Part shown: piece by piece, positions 19,602 to 28,006 of the stretch
Numbering within the stretch: the first letter of the stretch is position 1
Layout: each line of letters begins with the position of its first letter
Origin: Promethearchaeota archaeon
GTDB taxonomy: Archaea > Asgardarchaeota > Lokiarchaeia > Sigyniarchaeales > SOKP01
NCBI GenBank assembly: GCA_037386725.1
Contig: JARRLT010000048.1
Coordinates: 1 to 36,357 of the forward strand
Reading direction: 5' to 3'
Length of the DNA: 36,357 nucleotides
Notes under the pieces: generated by a model
What the model saw: the letters and a program-made list of their open reading frames with translations, nothing else
What the model was told of the DNA's origin: nothing
The model's database searches: none
Made by a program: the position numbers and the translations under genes

Positions 19602-20522
19602 TTATACTTCTTCTTTTTCGGTTTTCTTTCCTGGTGTGTAAATTTTTATTTTAGGTACATTTATTTTAGGAATTCTAAGCTTTGGTATAGAAATATTGAG
19701 AGAAGATTTTGGAAAAGGTAAATTTAATTCTAAATCTTTTAAGGGATCTTCTCCATTTTTCTGAAGAACGCTTTTTGAATCTGCTGGTTCAGAATCTAAA
19801 TTTTTACTTGGTTTAACTGTTCTTCCACTTTCCTTTTCTATTTTTACTTCACTCTGAGCTTCAACTTTATTTTCTTCTTTTTTGAAAATTTGATTCATTT
19901 TTACTACTTTATCGTATTTCAAATCAGGCAACATTTTCCTAAACTCTGTAATACTCTCAATTTCTTTTACTTTTTCGTTTTCTAGATTAAAAATCCAGCC
20001 TGATTCATCATCGTGGAGATATCCCTTAATTTTTACTTTTAATGGTAGTATCTCCATATTTTTGAGGTAATTTACTTGGTTTTTAACATTTCGAAATTCA
20101 TCAACAAAAATATGAAAAAATTTAATTGTTTCTTGGGATACATTTACTCCACGAGCGCCAATTTCTCGAAGAACTTTACTAGGCATTGTTTTAATCATTT
20201 TTAAGGGATTTACTTCCTTTAATTCACAATTAGTATGTCCCATTATAATGATTTCTTTAATGTTGTGTTTATGCACAGCTATAAGAATTGAACGAATCAT
20301 ATCATCAGTAATTATATTACCTGCATTTCTTAATACAATAATATCATTTTGATGAAGACGAAATATACGAGAAAGATCAATATTATGATCCATACATGTT
20401 ATGACAATAATTGGATAATTTGGGTGCTCTTTTTTCTCAATCTCGATCTCTAAATCTTCTTGAATCTCTTTCTGATATAAACTATTGAAATATAACAACA
20501 CATCATCTTGATACTCTTCCAA
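19602..20522 (-). CDS. Beta-class carbonic-anhydrase-like protein with a C-terminal Lys-rich extension
   Basis: IVITCMDHNIDLSRIFRLHQNDIIVLRNAGNII parallels the beta-CA block lVitCmDSRv...VvRNaGN. IIIMGHTNCE parallels vmGHtdCG. The Zn ligands Cys/His/Cys are present but the Arg of CxDxR is not (DHN instead of DSR). The last 120 aa are K/E/P-rich with a repeated PK(I/L) motif. Confidence 0.65.
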   Translation of the reverse strand: MEEYQDDVLLYFNSLYQKEIQEDLEIEIEKKEHPNYPIIVITCMDHNIDLSRIFRLHQNDIIVLRNAGNIITDDMIRSILIAVHKHNIKEIIIMGHTNCELKEVNPLKMIKTMPSKVLREIGARGVNVSQETIKFFHIFVDEFRNVKNQVNYLKNMEILPLKVKIKGYLHDDESGWIFNLENEKVKEIESITEFRKMLPDLKYDKVVKMNQIFKKEENKVEAQSEVKIEKESGRTVKPSKNLDSEPADSKSVLQKNGEDPLKDLELNLPFPKSSLNISIPKLRIPKINVPKIKIYTPGKKTEKEEV

Positions 20523-20598
20523 ATTTTATCCTCTCCTTTCAAATAGCTATTTTAAAATTAATAAAAGTAATTTAAAAATATTAAAAAAATTGATTTAA

Positions 20599-22473
20599 TT
20601 ATTTAGCAATAATTTCTTTTAAATTATGTTTCATATCCTTTCCACCGTTACCTAAAAAGTTCTTGATCTTATCAGAATATTCGGGTAAAATCGTTAGAAA
20701 TGGGATTATAGCTTTAGCGAGAGCTGAAAAGGATTCATTCCCATCCCCCATTATGAACATTTTCTCTGGATTAATACTTTTAAAAATTTCCGGTAGAATA
20801 TTAGTCAATTGGACAGCTAAAAATCTTTGATCTGCGTTACTCATCGCATCAACCTGTTTCTGAAAACCTTCTGCTTGAGCCATCATTTGTTGTTTAATAC
20901 TTGCAGCCTCACCCTCTGCTTGCGCAATTAATCTCTTTTTAATCTGTGCTGCATCGGCTTCCGCTTCAATAACTTTCTTTTGACGATCTCCATCTGCTTC
21001 AATCTTTTTACGTTCTCTTTCTTGTTCAGCGATTGCGATTTCTTTTTCTTTTCTACGTAATTCAATATCTCGTTGAACTAATTGCTCTTGAGTACCAACT
21101 TCATTCTGTACTTCCAATTCTCTCATTCTTGATTCCCGTTCCGCATCAGCCTTAGCAATACGAGCTGTTCTATACACTGTTGCTTGTTTAGTTGCTTCCA
21201 TATTCTTCTTTAATTCGGGTTCAAGTATGTTCACTTCTCTTATTTCTATAGATTCAATTATAAGACCCCAATCTGATGTTAATTCATGTAACTCTTTACT
21301 TACATGTTCAATAATCTCACGTCGCTCTCTAATAATTTTTTCAAGAGGCATATTAGCACATGTAGTTCTAATTATAGCTTCTGCAGCATTTTTCAAGATT
21401 TTTTCTACATAATGATCATCTTGGGGATTCCATGAGATGGCACTAAAAGCGTTTTCAGGGTTAATTACTTTCCAAATTAACATTCCTACTATAGAAATAT
21501 TTTGGTATTCCATGGATACTACCTGTTCATGAGCCTCTAGAATTGTTTGTATACTTGTAGTAGGAATTACAATATATTCATCAATCAGTGGCAACAACCA
21601 GATTCTTCCTCCTAATCCAGCAGATTTTACTCTACCATTCCTTAAATGGATCACAAACTGATTCGTTTTAAACTTTCTGTATCGTGTGGCTAAAAATATG
21701 AGAAATAAAAATGCGATTATCACGACAGTAACTATAACACCTACAATCACTCCATTAATCTGTTGAAATAACATTCTTTTTCTTCCTCCTTTTTTATAAT
21801 TAATTTGACCTTTTTCAAAAACCTCCCCCTCCTTATAAGGCTTCACATGCAATTTCTCGTATTTCAATGGATTTCTTGAAGCTATCTTAATAACCCCACC
21901 ATATTCATCGACTTTTAAAACAACTTCCCCTTCTACCCCTAACAAATTTTGAGTTGCAGCTATTGTATAATGCATGGAAGTAGCAATTTTTTCCCAGAGT
22001 ACTGAAATAACCTTAGTGGCTAAAATACTTGCAATAGGAGCAATAATAAACAATAAAAATTTGAAAATACCTATGATTAGATAATATGATGCCATCCCAG
22101 TAATTCCAAAAACTAATAATGCTGAGGAAAGTAAAAGTAAGAATGGTGCGGGAGTACTACCTTCCTGTATCATTGTATCTGTTTGAAATTCATTAGTATA
22201 ATCTACATGATCCACATGATCTGGATGGTCCACATGATCAACGTGATCTATGTGATCAGGATGATCTAAATAAATAGCATGGTCAATATGGTCTATATGA
22301 TCAGGATGGTCCACATGATCAACGTGATCAGGATGATCTAAATAATCAGCATGGTCTATATGATCAGGATGGTCAGGGTGATCAATATGATCGATGTGAT
22401 CTGTGCCTTGATCATGATCAGTAGAAGTTTCAGTTAAAATAAACGAAATTATGGCTAAAATTAATCCTCCAAT
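20599..22473 (-). CDS. NfeD-like (2 TM plus OB-fold) / SPFH-flotillin fusion protein with an N-terminal tandem His/Asp (DHxDH) repeat region. The track start is GTG at 22312-22314, but the frame is open up to 22473 and encodes a hydrophobic N-terminal segment
   Basis: Order of elements N to C: (i) open frame IGGLILAIISFILTETS... with no canonical start; (ii) DHPDHIDHIDHA(I/D)YLDHPDH(I/V)DHVDHV, two copies plus a partial; (iii) 2 TM helices; (iv) beta-barrel GVEGEVVLKVDEYGGVIKIASRNPLKYEKLHVKPYKEGEVFEKGQ (NfeD-C-like); (v) TM helix; (vi) SPFH/band-7 domain (VIHLRNGRVKSAGLGGRIWLLPLIDEY...); (vii) EA/EQ-rich coiled coil typical of flotillins (AEGEAASIKQQMMAQAEGF..). Confidence 0.8.
   Translation of the reverse strand: MGGLILAIISFILTETSTDHDQGTDHIDHIDHPDHPDHIDHADYLDHPDHVDHVDHPDHIDHIDHAIYLDHPDHIDHVDHVDHPDHVDHVDYTNEFQTDTMIQEGSTPAPFLLLLSSALLVFGITGMASYYLIIGIFKFLLFIIAPIASILATKVISVLWEKIATSMHYTIAATQNLLGVEGEVVLKVDEYGGVIKIASRNPLKYEKLHVKPYKEGEVFEKGQINYKKGGRKRMLFQQINGVIVGVIVTVVIIAFLFLIFLATRYRKFKTNQFVIHLRNGRVKSAGLGGRIWLLPLIDEYIVIPTTSIQTILEAHEQVVSMEYQNISIVGMLIWKVINPENAFSAISWNPQDDHYVEKILKNAAEAIIRTTCANMPLEKIIRERREIIEHVSKELHELTSDWGLIIESIEIREVNILEPELKKNMEATKQATVYRTARIAKADAERESRMRELEVQNEVGTQEQLVQRDIELRRKEKEIAIAEQERERKKIEADGDRQKKVIEAEADAAQIKKRLIAQAEGEAASIKQQMMAQAEGFQKQVDAMSNADQRFLAVQLTNILPEIFKSINPEKMFIMGDGNESFSALAKAIIPFLTILPEYSDKIKNFLGNGGKDMKHNLKEIIAK
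22200..22420 (-). repeat. Tandem 84-87-nt direct repeat (two full units plus a partial) encoding the DHxDH His/Asp-rich motif inside the flotillin-fusion gene
   Basis: Units gaccatcctgatcatatagaccat(att/gct)gac/gat..tatttagatcatcctgatcac(ata/gtt)gatca(c/t)gttgatcatgtg recur with few substitutions. gatcat/gaccat hexamers dominate 22200-22420. Confidence 0.8.
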
Positions 22474-22479
22474 TTATAT

Positions 22480-22986
22480 TTAATCTAAATCTACAATTTT
22501 ATTACCACACATTGGGCAATAACGTACCTTATTGTCTAATTCTTCTCCACAAAAAGAACAATATTTTACTTTTGTCTCTTTCTTTATATAAAATGGTTGA
22601 ATTTCTTGAGAATTCTTATTTACTTGATTTAAGGTTGGATCGTCTTTATTATAAATTAAATTTTTCTCTTCATTTTGTATAGTTCTTTCAATTATATAAG
22701 GATTTTTAACCGTATAATCTGAATCATCTCGTGTTCTAATAGGATGATTTCGACTTCGATTATGATTACATGCGGAAGTAATAATAATACAGAATATAAT
22801 GAAGAATATGATTCCAAAAAGTGACATTGGCATAGATGATAGGGATATATTGAAAATCTTTACATCTAAGTTCATTCTACTTATCAAAAGACTAAAAATC
22901 GAAGTCAATATGACAAATCCAAATAAAATGCCAATAGAATTGTAAAATTTGTTTTTATTTTTCATTTTTAGTATAATATATTTCAA
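22480..22986 (-). CDS. Membrane protein with a C-terminal zinc-ribbon (CxxC..CxxC)
   Basis: 168 aa; two hydrophobic helices, then YCSFCGEELDNKVRYCPMCGNKI at the C-terminus. Confidence 0.55.
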   Translation of the reverse strand: MKYIILKMKNKNKFYNSIGILFGFVILTSIFSLLISRMNLDVKIFNISLSSMPMSLFGIIFFIIFCIIITSACNHNRSRNHPIRTRDDSDYTVKNPYIIERTIQNEEKNLIYNKDDPTLNQVNKNSQEIQPFYIKKETKVKYCSFCGEELDNKVRYCPMCGNKIVDLD

Positions 22987-23091
22987 TCTATTTCTATCTA
23001 TTTTTGTATATTTCCAAAAATATTATATATAATTAAATATATAAATCTTTCGATAAAAAAATAATTTATCAGATCTTACTTTTAAAGTGGT

Positions 23092-23316
23092 TCAATATAG
23101 AATATATACATATATATTGATTGTAATTATTTGATCGAAATTATTTAGATTCCTGATTAGATTATCATTTTTTGATATTAGTTTTAATTTATCGGATATA
23201 GATTCTTTACCAGTATCAGAATCCATCCCGAGAATTTCCAGCCATTCATCTTTCGATACTCTACACTTTACCAGCTCTCGAATAATCTTTACGGTAAAGG
23301 CTCTTATAAAGACCAA
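23092..23316 (-). CDS. Hypothetical 74-aa ORF (overlaps an open plus-strand frame; one of the two is probably spurious)
   Basis: Track ORF only; no motif. Confidence 0.2.
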   Translation of the reverse strand: MVFIRAFTVKIIRELVKCRVSKDEWLEILGMDSDTGKESISDKLKLISKNDNLIRNLNNFDQIITINIYVYILY

Positions 23317-23376
23317 GGTAAGATTATTTATTCAGTAATAGAAGAAGCTATTAGGATATATGAGAAATATTTTTCA

Positions 23377-23649
23377 ATGCCCGCTGATGTTGCGGCAATA
23401 CTTGAGAAATATGAGGATAACTTCGGAGGAGAATGGGAATTTATTATGGAAGCATTAAGAGAATATGACAAAAAGAAAAATCCGGACAAATCTGAAGACT
23501 TAGACTTATGGTGTCGGACCAGAGAAGAATTACAGATGATGTTGATTGGAAAAACTACTTTTAGTCAAATGTTAACTGCCGCAGAAACTCCTGAAATGAG
23601 TTTAGAAAAACCTATGATCAAAACAGACGTTACAGTAATTATTGGTTAG
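23377..23649 (+). CDS. Hypothetical small protein (90 aa from ATG; frame open upstream to 23188 without a canonical start)
   Basis: Helix-like composition (AILEKYEDNFGGEWEFIMEALREYDKK). The frame is open for 154 codons, which is unusual in this AT-rich DNA. Confidence 0.35.
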   Translation: MPADVAAILEKYEDNFGGEWEFIMEALREYDKKKNPDKSEDLDLWCRTREELQMMLIGKTTFSQMLTAAETPEMSLEKPMIKTDVTVIIG

Positions 23650-23890
23650 GTTATTTTAAAGAATTGTTTTCTTCAGATGATTTAGGCTTTAAATGTAAGG
23701 TAGACGGCCAAGCATTTGATGAAACTCTATCATTAACCATTCAGAAGATCGTGTAATATTGCCTTTGCTTCAATAAAAAGAAATTGTAATAAACATATTT
23801 TAATCATTAATAATAAAAATAATAATAATAATAGATATAACGGGAAAGTTTCTATTGGGAAAAAATAAGACAAAATATTAGGGAAAAAAT

Positions 23891-24076
23891 TTGAAATTAT
23901 TTAAAAAGAGATCAAAAAAACCTCATAAATTAGTAAGATGTGCTACTTGTGGTGGGACGGGAATGGTCGAAACATACTATGCTGATTCTTGGCTTGAGAT
24001 ATCAGGAGGAATGGGCGCAAATAGTGCTAAAGAACCTTGTCCTAACTGCGGTGGATCTGGTTGGATTGAAAAATAA
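23891..24076 (+). CDS. DnaJ-CR-type zinc-finger mini-protein (two CxxCxGxG knuckles), copy 1, TTG start
   Basis: MKLFKKRSKKPHKLVRCATCGGTGMVETYYADSWLEISGGMGANSAKEPCPNCGGSGWIEK. CATCGGTG and CPNCGGSGW match the DnaJ cysteine-rich repeat CxxCxGxG. The SD-like AGGGAAAA sits upstream. Confidence 0.7.
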   Translation: MKLFKKRSKKPHKLVRCATCGGTGMVETYYADSWLEISGGMGANSAKEPCPNCGGSGWIEK

Positions 24077-24159
24077 TTGAAATTAAGGTTTTTATATATA
24101 ATAGGAAACCTTCTTTGAGAAATACTAAGACAAAAAGCGAGGTTAAAATCTTGAAAATA

Positions 24160-24342
24160 TTCAAAAAGAAATTAAAAAAACCCCATGAAGCAATAAGATG
24201 TCCTTTGTGTGGTGGGACGGGGATGGTTAGAAAATTCTATCCTGATACTGCTCTAGGGTGGTTAGGTGGGAAAATGAATTCATCGAGTGCTGAAGAACCT
24301 TGTCCTAAATGCGATGGAGTTGGTTGGGTTGAAAAAATATAA
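24160..24342 (+). CDS. DnaJ-CR-type zinc-finger mini-protein, copy 2 (tandem paralogue). The homologous TTG start is at 24160; the track uses an in-frame ATG at 24115
   Basis: MKIFKKKLKKPHEAIRCPLCGGTGMVRKFYPDTALGWLGGKMNSSSAEEPCPKCDGVGWVEKI. The 5' region aligns with copy 1 at nucleotide level, including the upstream taagacaaaa..agg..ttgaaa motif, so the conserved start is TTG 24160 preceded by GAGGT. Confidence 0.7.
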   Translation, partial: FKKKLKKPHEAIRCPLCGGTGMVRKFYPDTALGWLGGKMNSSSAEEPCPKCDGVGWVEKI

Positions 24343-24566
24343 ATCTTTAAAATAACTTATCCTTCTTTTTTTACCAATTTGAAGTTGATAAAGTTTTTAT
24401 CATCACAAAGAATATCTAATTTTAGGCTCATTTCGAAATTTTTAAGTTTAAAGAAAAATTTTGAAAGCTATTAGATTATTATTTGAGATTAAAATAAAGT
24501 AGAGATTTTACATACTATATCCTGGTAAGGATCGTTTCGTGTAATAATCCCAACCCTGAGTTTGAT

Positions 24567-26978
24567 ATGAGCGAAGAAAAACTAAAAATACATAAAAGAA
24601 AGATAGAAGCAATCTCTGAAATGGTTAGAAATGCGTACGACAACGCGAAGCCGGGGGAATATTTCTCTCTAAAAAAGGCGAGTGTTTCCCATATGGCCCC
24701 ACAGCCGGATAACCCAAAATATAGTGATAAGCCGATAGATGTGAGGTCACTTACAGAAATTATTGAGATAAATACGGATGCAAGGACGTGTATTGCAGAA
24801 GCAGGGGTTACTTTTGATAAACTTGCAAGAGAAACCTTAAAGTATGGGCTCGTACCGCAATGCGTTTCCGAGCTCAAGGGAATCACGATAGGTGGGGTAG
24901 TAGCAGGATGTTCAGTTGAATCCATGTCTTTCAAGTATGGGGGATTTTTCGATTCTTGTGAAGAAATAGAGATTGTGACAGGAACAGGTGACATAATGTT
25001 ATGCTCGAAAAGTGATAACCATAAAATATTCGAGATGCTGCACGGGAGTTTCGGTACAATTGCAATCATCACGCTCCTAAAGTTCAAGCTTGTTCCAGCA
25101 AAGAAGTGCGTCCGTATCGATTACATCCATTACGATACTTTTAGTGAATATATGGAAGCTATCAAGCAACACTACGAAAAGCAGGATATTGAAATGATGG
25201 ACGGGCTTATCTTCTCCGAAAATAAGAACGTACTCTGCGTTGCCAGCTTTGTTGATGAGGAGGAAGCTCCTTACAAGAGTAAGTATTTCTACGACATTTA
25301 TTATAAAAGTGCAATGAAAAGAAAGCAAGACTTCCTCTCCACCATAGATTATTTTTTCAGGTATGATGCAGATTGCCATTGGTCGATACGAAATGTTGCT
25401 GGAGGAATTTTTGAGAATAAAGTAGTCCGGTGGTTAGTAGGACCCTATATACTTGGATCGACAAATATTCTTAAGACCAGCGAACGATTACCATTTTTAA
25501 CTAAGAAGGGGGGCGAACCGGACGTGATTGTTGATGTCTTCATACCAATCACTAACGCGGAAGAATTTTTCAATTGGTACCTGGAGTTATTTGATTACTT
25601 CCCAGTTTGGATCGTCCCTTACCGCATGCAAAAAAACAAACTAGATGGGTACAAATTCTACCCATGGATCAATCAAGATATGATCGCTCCCATCGAGGAT
25701 GAGCTATTCATAGATTTTGCCATCTACGGGTTCGAGCAAAAAAGAAAGGGATTTAACTTCTATAAAGCGCTAGAAGAAAAGGTTCATGAACTTAGGGGAA
25801 TGAAAACCCTAATAACTCATAATTACTACGAGGAAGACTTGTTCTGGAAGGTATTTAACAAGAAATTATATGATAAAGTTAAAGAACAAACGGATCCCAA
25901 GAACCTATTTCGAAACTTGTATGAAAAGACGAATTACAAGAAAAAGACTAAAAAGACGAAAAAACTGAAGGTAGGTATACCACGTTCCCTGTATTTCTAC
26001 AAGTATTTTCCATTATGGGAAGGATTCCTTACAAATCTCGGTTGCGAAGTTATTGTGAGCCCAAAAACAAATAAAGAAATTCTTACCAACGGATCTAATC
26101 AATCTGCAACCGATTTATGCATTCCAATCAAGATTCATTATGGTCATGTAAATTATTTATCAAGAAATCACCCCGATCTAGATTTTATATTAGTTCCAAG
26201 ACTCATTAGTAATAGTAAAGATCATTATTATTGTCCGAAATTCCTGATCCTTCCAGATGTTACTCAACACTCAGCAGTTTCTAATATTCCCGTTATTGAA
26301 TGGACTATTAATGCCAGGGAATATTCAATGATGAAATCAGCAATAGATTTTGGAAAAAAATTAGATAGATCAAAAGAAGAATCAAAACTTGCGTATGAAA
26401 ATGGATATAAAAAACTTGAAGAATTCCATGAGTTGATCAAGGATGGAATTTTTGTTCCTGATGCCCTTTACAAAATGTATCCTTTTGAAGAATATCCAAA
26501 TTATAAATTCAAGAAAAGATTTCGACCTAAACTTAACAAAGATTATAAAAATTATCCACTTTCATTAATGGTTATTGGTCATCCATACAATACTTATGAG
26601 CCAATTATTAATCATGGATTAATGGATATTCTCAAATCTAATTTTGTTGATGTTATAACTGTTGAAAATGCTCCAAAGGAAATCTTTTCAAGAAGAGTTG
26701 AAATTGATGATAATCTTTGCAATTTCTGGGATAATGAAGATGAATTGATGCAATTATCTGATTATGTTATCCATAATGAAGAGATTGATGGGGGTATTTT
26801 CTTGATTTCTTTTGCATGTGGTCCTGATTCTTTAATTCAAGAATTAATAATGCAAGATTTTGACATGAAAGATAAACCTTTTATTGATCTCACATTAGAT
26901 GAACACAGTGGAGAATCTCAAATAACCACAAGAGTAGAATCTTTTATCGAAATGATAAGGAGGAAGAAATACAAATGA
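24567..26978 (+). CDS. Fusion protein: DHCR24-like (delta24-sterol-reductase family) FAD-dependent oxidoreductase (aa 1-460) plus a DUF2229-type domain, the usual partner of BadF/BcrAD/HgdC-type activase ATPases (aa 470-803)
   Basis: Blocks shared with DHCR24 are LKGITIGGVVAGCSVESMSFKYGGFFDSCEEIEIVTGTGDIMLCSKSDNHKIFEMLHGSFGTIAIITLLKFKLVPAKKCVRI, ..YFYDIYYKS.., DYFFRYDADCHWSIRNV, VWIVPYRM and LFIDFAIYGFEQKRKGFNFYKALEEKVHELRGMKTLITHNYYEEDLFWKVFNKKLYDKVKEQTDPKNLFRNLYEK. The corresponding DHCR24 blocks are [110 protein letters not shown] and LYIDIGAYGE...[29 protein letters not shown]. A K-rich linker (KKKTKKTKK) follows, then LKVGIPRSLYFYKYFPLWEGFLTNLGCEVIVSPKTNKEIL..ATDLCIPIKIHYGHVNYL..LDFILVPRLIS, which is the DUF2229 signature. 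The stop overlaps the next start (ATGA 26975-26978). Confidence 0.85.
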   Translation: MSEEKLKIHKRKIEAISEMVRNAYDNAKPGEYFSLKKASVSHMAPQPDNPKYSDKPIDVRSLTEIIEINTDARTCIAEAGVTFDKLARETLKYGLVPQCVSELKGITIGGVVAGCSVESMSFKYGGFFDSCEEIEIVTGTGDIMLCSKSDNHKIFEMLHGSFGTIAIITLLKFKLVPAKKCVRIDYIHYDTFSEYMEAIKQHYEKQDIEMMDGLIFSENKNVLCVASFVDEEEAPYKSKYFYDIYYKSAMKRKQDFLSTIDYFFRYDADCHWSIRNVAGGIFENKVVRWLVGPYILGSTNILKTSERLPFLTKKGGEPDVIVDVFIPITNAEEFFNWYLELFDYFPVWIVPYRMQKNKLDGYKFYPWINQDMIAPIEDELFIDFAIYGFEQKRKGFNFYKALEEKVHELRGMKTLITHNYYEEDLFWKVFNKKLYDKVKEQTDPKNLFRNLYEKTNYKKKTKKTKKLKVGIPRSLYFYKYFPLWEGFLTNLGCEVIVSPKTNKEILTNGSNQSATDLCIPIKIHYGHVNYLSRNHPDLDFILVPRLISNSKDHYYCPKFLILPDVTQHSAVSNIPVIEWTINAREYSMMKSAIDFGKKLDRSKEESKLAYENGYKKLEEFHELIKDGIFVPDALYKMYPFEEYPNYKFKKRFRPKLNKDYKNYPLSLMVIGHPYNTYEPIINHGLMDILKSNFVDVITVENAPKEIFSRRVEIDDNLCNFWDNEDELMQLSDYVIHNEEIDGGIFLISFACGPDSLIQELIMQDFDMKDKPFIDLTLDEHSGESQITTRVESFIEMIRRKKYK

Positions 26979-28006
26979 TTAAACCAGAATTTATAAAAAA
27001 TATTCTTTCAGAGAATGTGAATGACAGATTATATTTAGGAATCGATGTCGGAAGTGTCTCCACGAAATGTGCAATAATTAATGAGAGAAATGAATTATTG
27101 TATGCTACCTGGACCAGAAATGGTGGTTCTCCCATTGTTTCTACACAAGAAAATCTAAAATTCATGGAAGAAGTTCTTCCCGAAAACATCGAAAAAAGCA
27201 TTTGTGGTGTTGGGACAACAGGTTCTGCTAGGTATTTAATAAAAGCTCTTATCGGAGCAGATATAGCAAAACCTGAAATAATTGCTCATGCAATTGGAGC
27301 TTCAACTTATACTCCTGACGTAAGAACAATTCTTGAAATCGGGGGTCAGGACAGCAAAGTTATATTGATGAAAAATGGCATCGTAACAGATTTTAACATG
27401 AACAGTGTTTGTGCTGCCGGAACTGGTTCTTTTCTAGATCACCAAGCAGTTCGGATCAAGGTTCCAATTGAAGAATTTGGGGATTATGCTCTTCGGGCAG
27501 AAGAAGAGGTTTCAATCGCAGGACGATGCACAGTTTTTGCCGAATCTGATATGATCAGTAAACAACAAGAAGGATATTCTAAAGAAGCAATTATCAAAGG
27601 ATTGTGTAAAGCTCTTGTTAGAAACTACTTGAATAATGTTTGTAAGGGTAAAAAACTGTATCCTCCTTTCGTATTCCAGGGAGGAGTTGCAGCAAATTCC
27701 GGAATAAAAAATGCTTTTGAAGAAGAACTGGGGCATGAAGTCATTATTCATGAAAACCATTACGTGATGGGAGCATTTGGTTCAGCTATTTTGGCAAAGG
27801 AATATGTAAATGGACAGATGTCTTCTTTTCATGGCCTAAAAGTTAGTGAATTGAACTTGGCTTCAGGTTCATTTGTTTGTCCTGATTGTGCTAATAGATG
27901 TACAGTTAAATACCTTGTCAGGGAAGAAGATAAGAATAGAACAACTGGAAGAGAAAAGGATGATGCGATATTTGCACGATGGAATAGTAGGTGCGGTAAA
28001 TGGTAA
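26975..28006 (+). CDS. BadF/BadG/BcrA/BcrD/HgdC-family ATPase (CoA-substrate-specific enzyme activase type; acetate/sugar-kinase fold with an inter-subunit [4Fe-4S] cluster)
   Basis: LGIDVGSVSTKCAIINE (phosphate-1), EIGGQDSKVILM, VCAAGTGSFLD, AGRCTVFAESDM and FQGGVAANSGI..VMGAFGSAILA are the family blocks, including the conserved cluster-ligating Cys positions. The start overlaps the upstream stop and the stop overlaps the next start. Confidence 0.9.
   Translation: MIKPEFIKNILSENVNDRLYLGIDVGSVSTKCAIINERNELLYATWTRNGGSPIVSTQENLKFMEEVLPENIEKSICGVGTTGSARYLIKALIGADIAKPEIIAHAIGASTYTPDVRTILEIGGQDSKVILMKNGIVTDFNMNSVCAAGTGSFLDHQAVRIKVPIEEFGDYALRAEEEVSIAGRCTVFAESDMISKQQEGYSKEAIIKGLCKALVRNYLNNVCKGKKLYPPFVFQGGVAANSGIKNAFEEELGHEVIIHENHYVMGAFGSAILAKEYVNGQMSSFHGLKVSELNLASGSFVCPDCANRCTVKYLVREEDKNRTTGREKDDAIFARWNSRCGKW

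Noticed and set aside
22200-22420. Considered whether the regular gatcat/gaccat periodicity is a CRISPR-like array
   Set aside because: The units are contiguous with no spacers, lie in frame inside a long ORF, and encode a DHxDH peptide repeat. This is a coding tandem repeat, not CRISPR.
24515-25087. Track ORF 24515..25087 (-), 190 aa, and 25077..25379 (-)
   Set aside because: Antisense to the DHCR24-like domain, which has extensive block-by-block homology on the plus strand.
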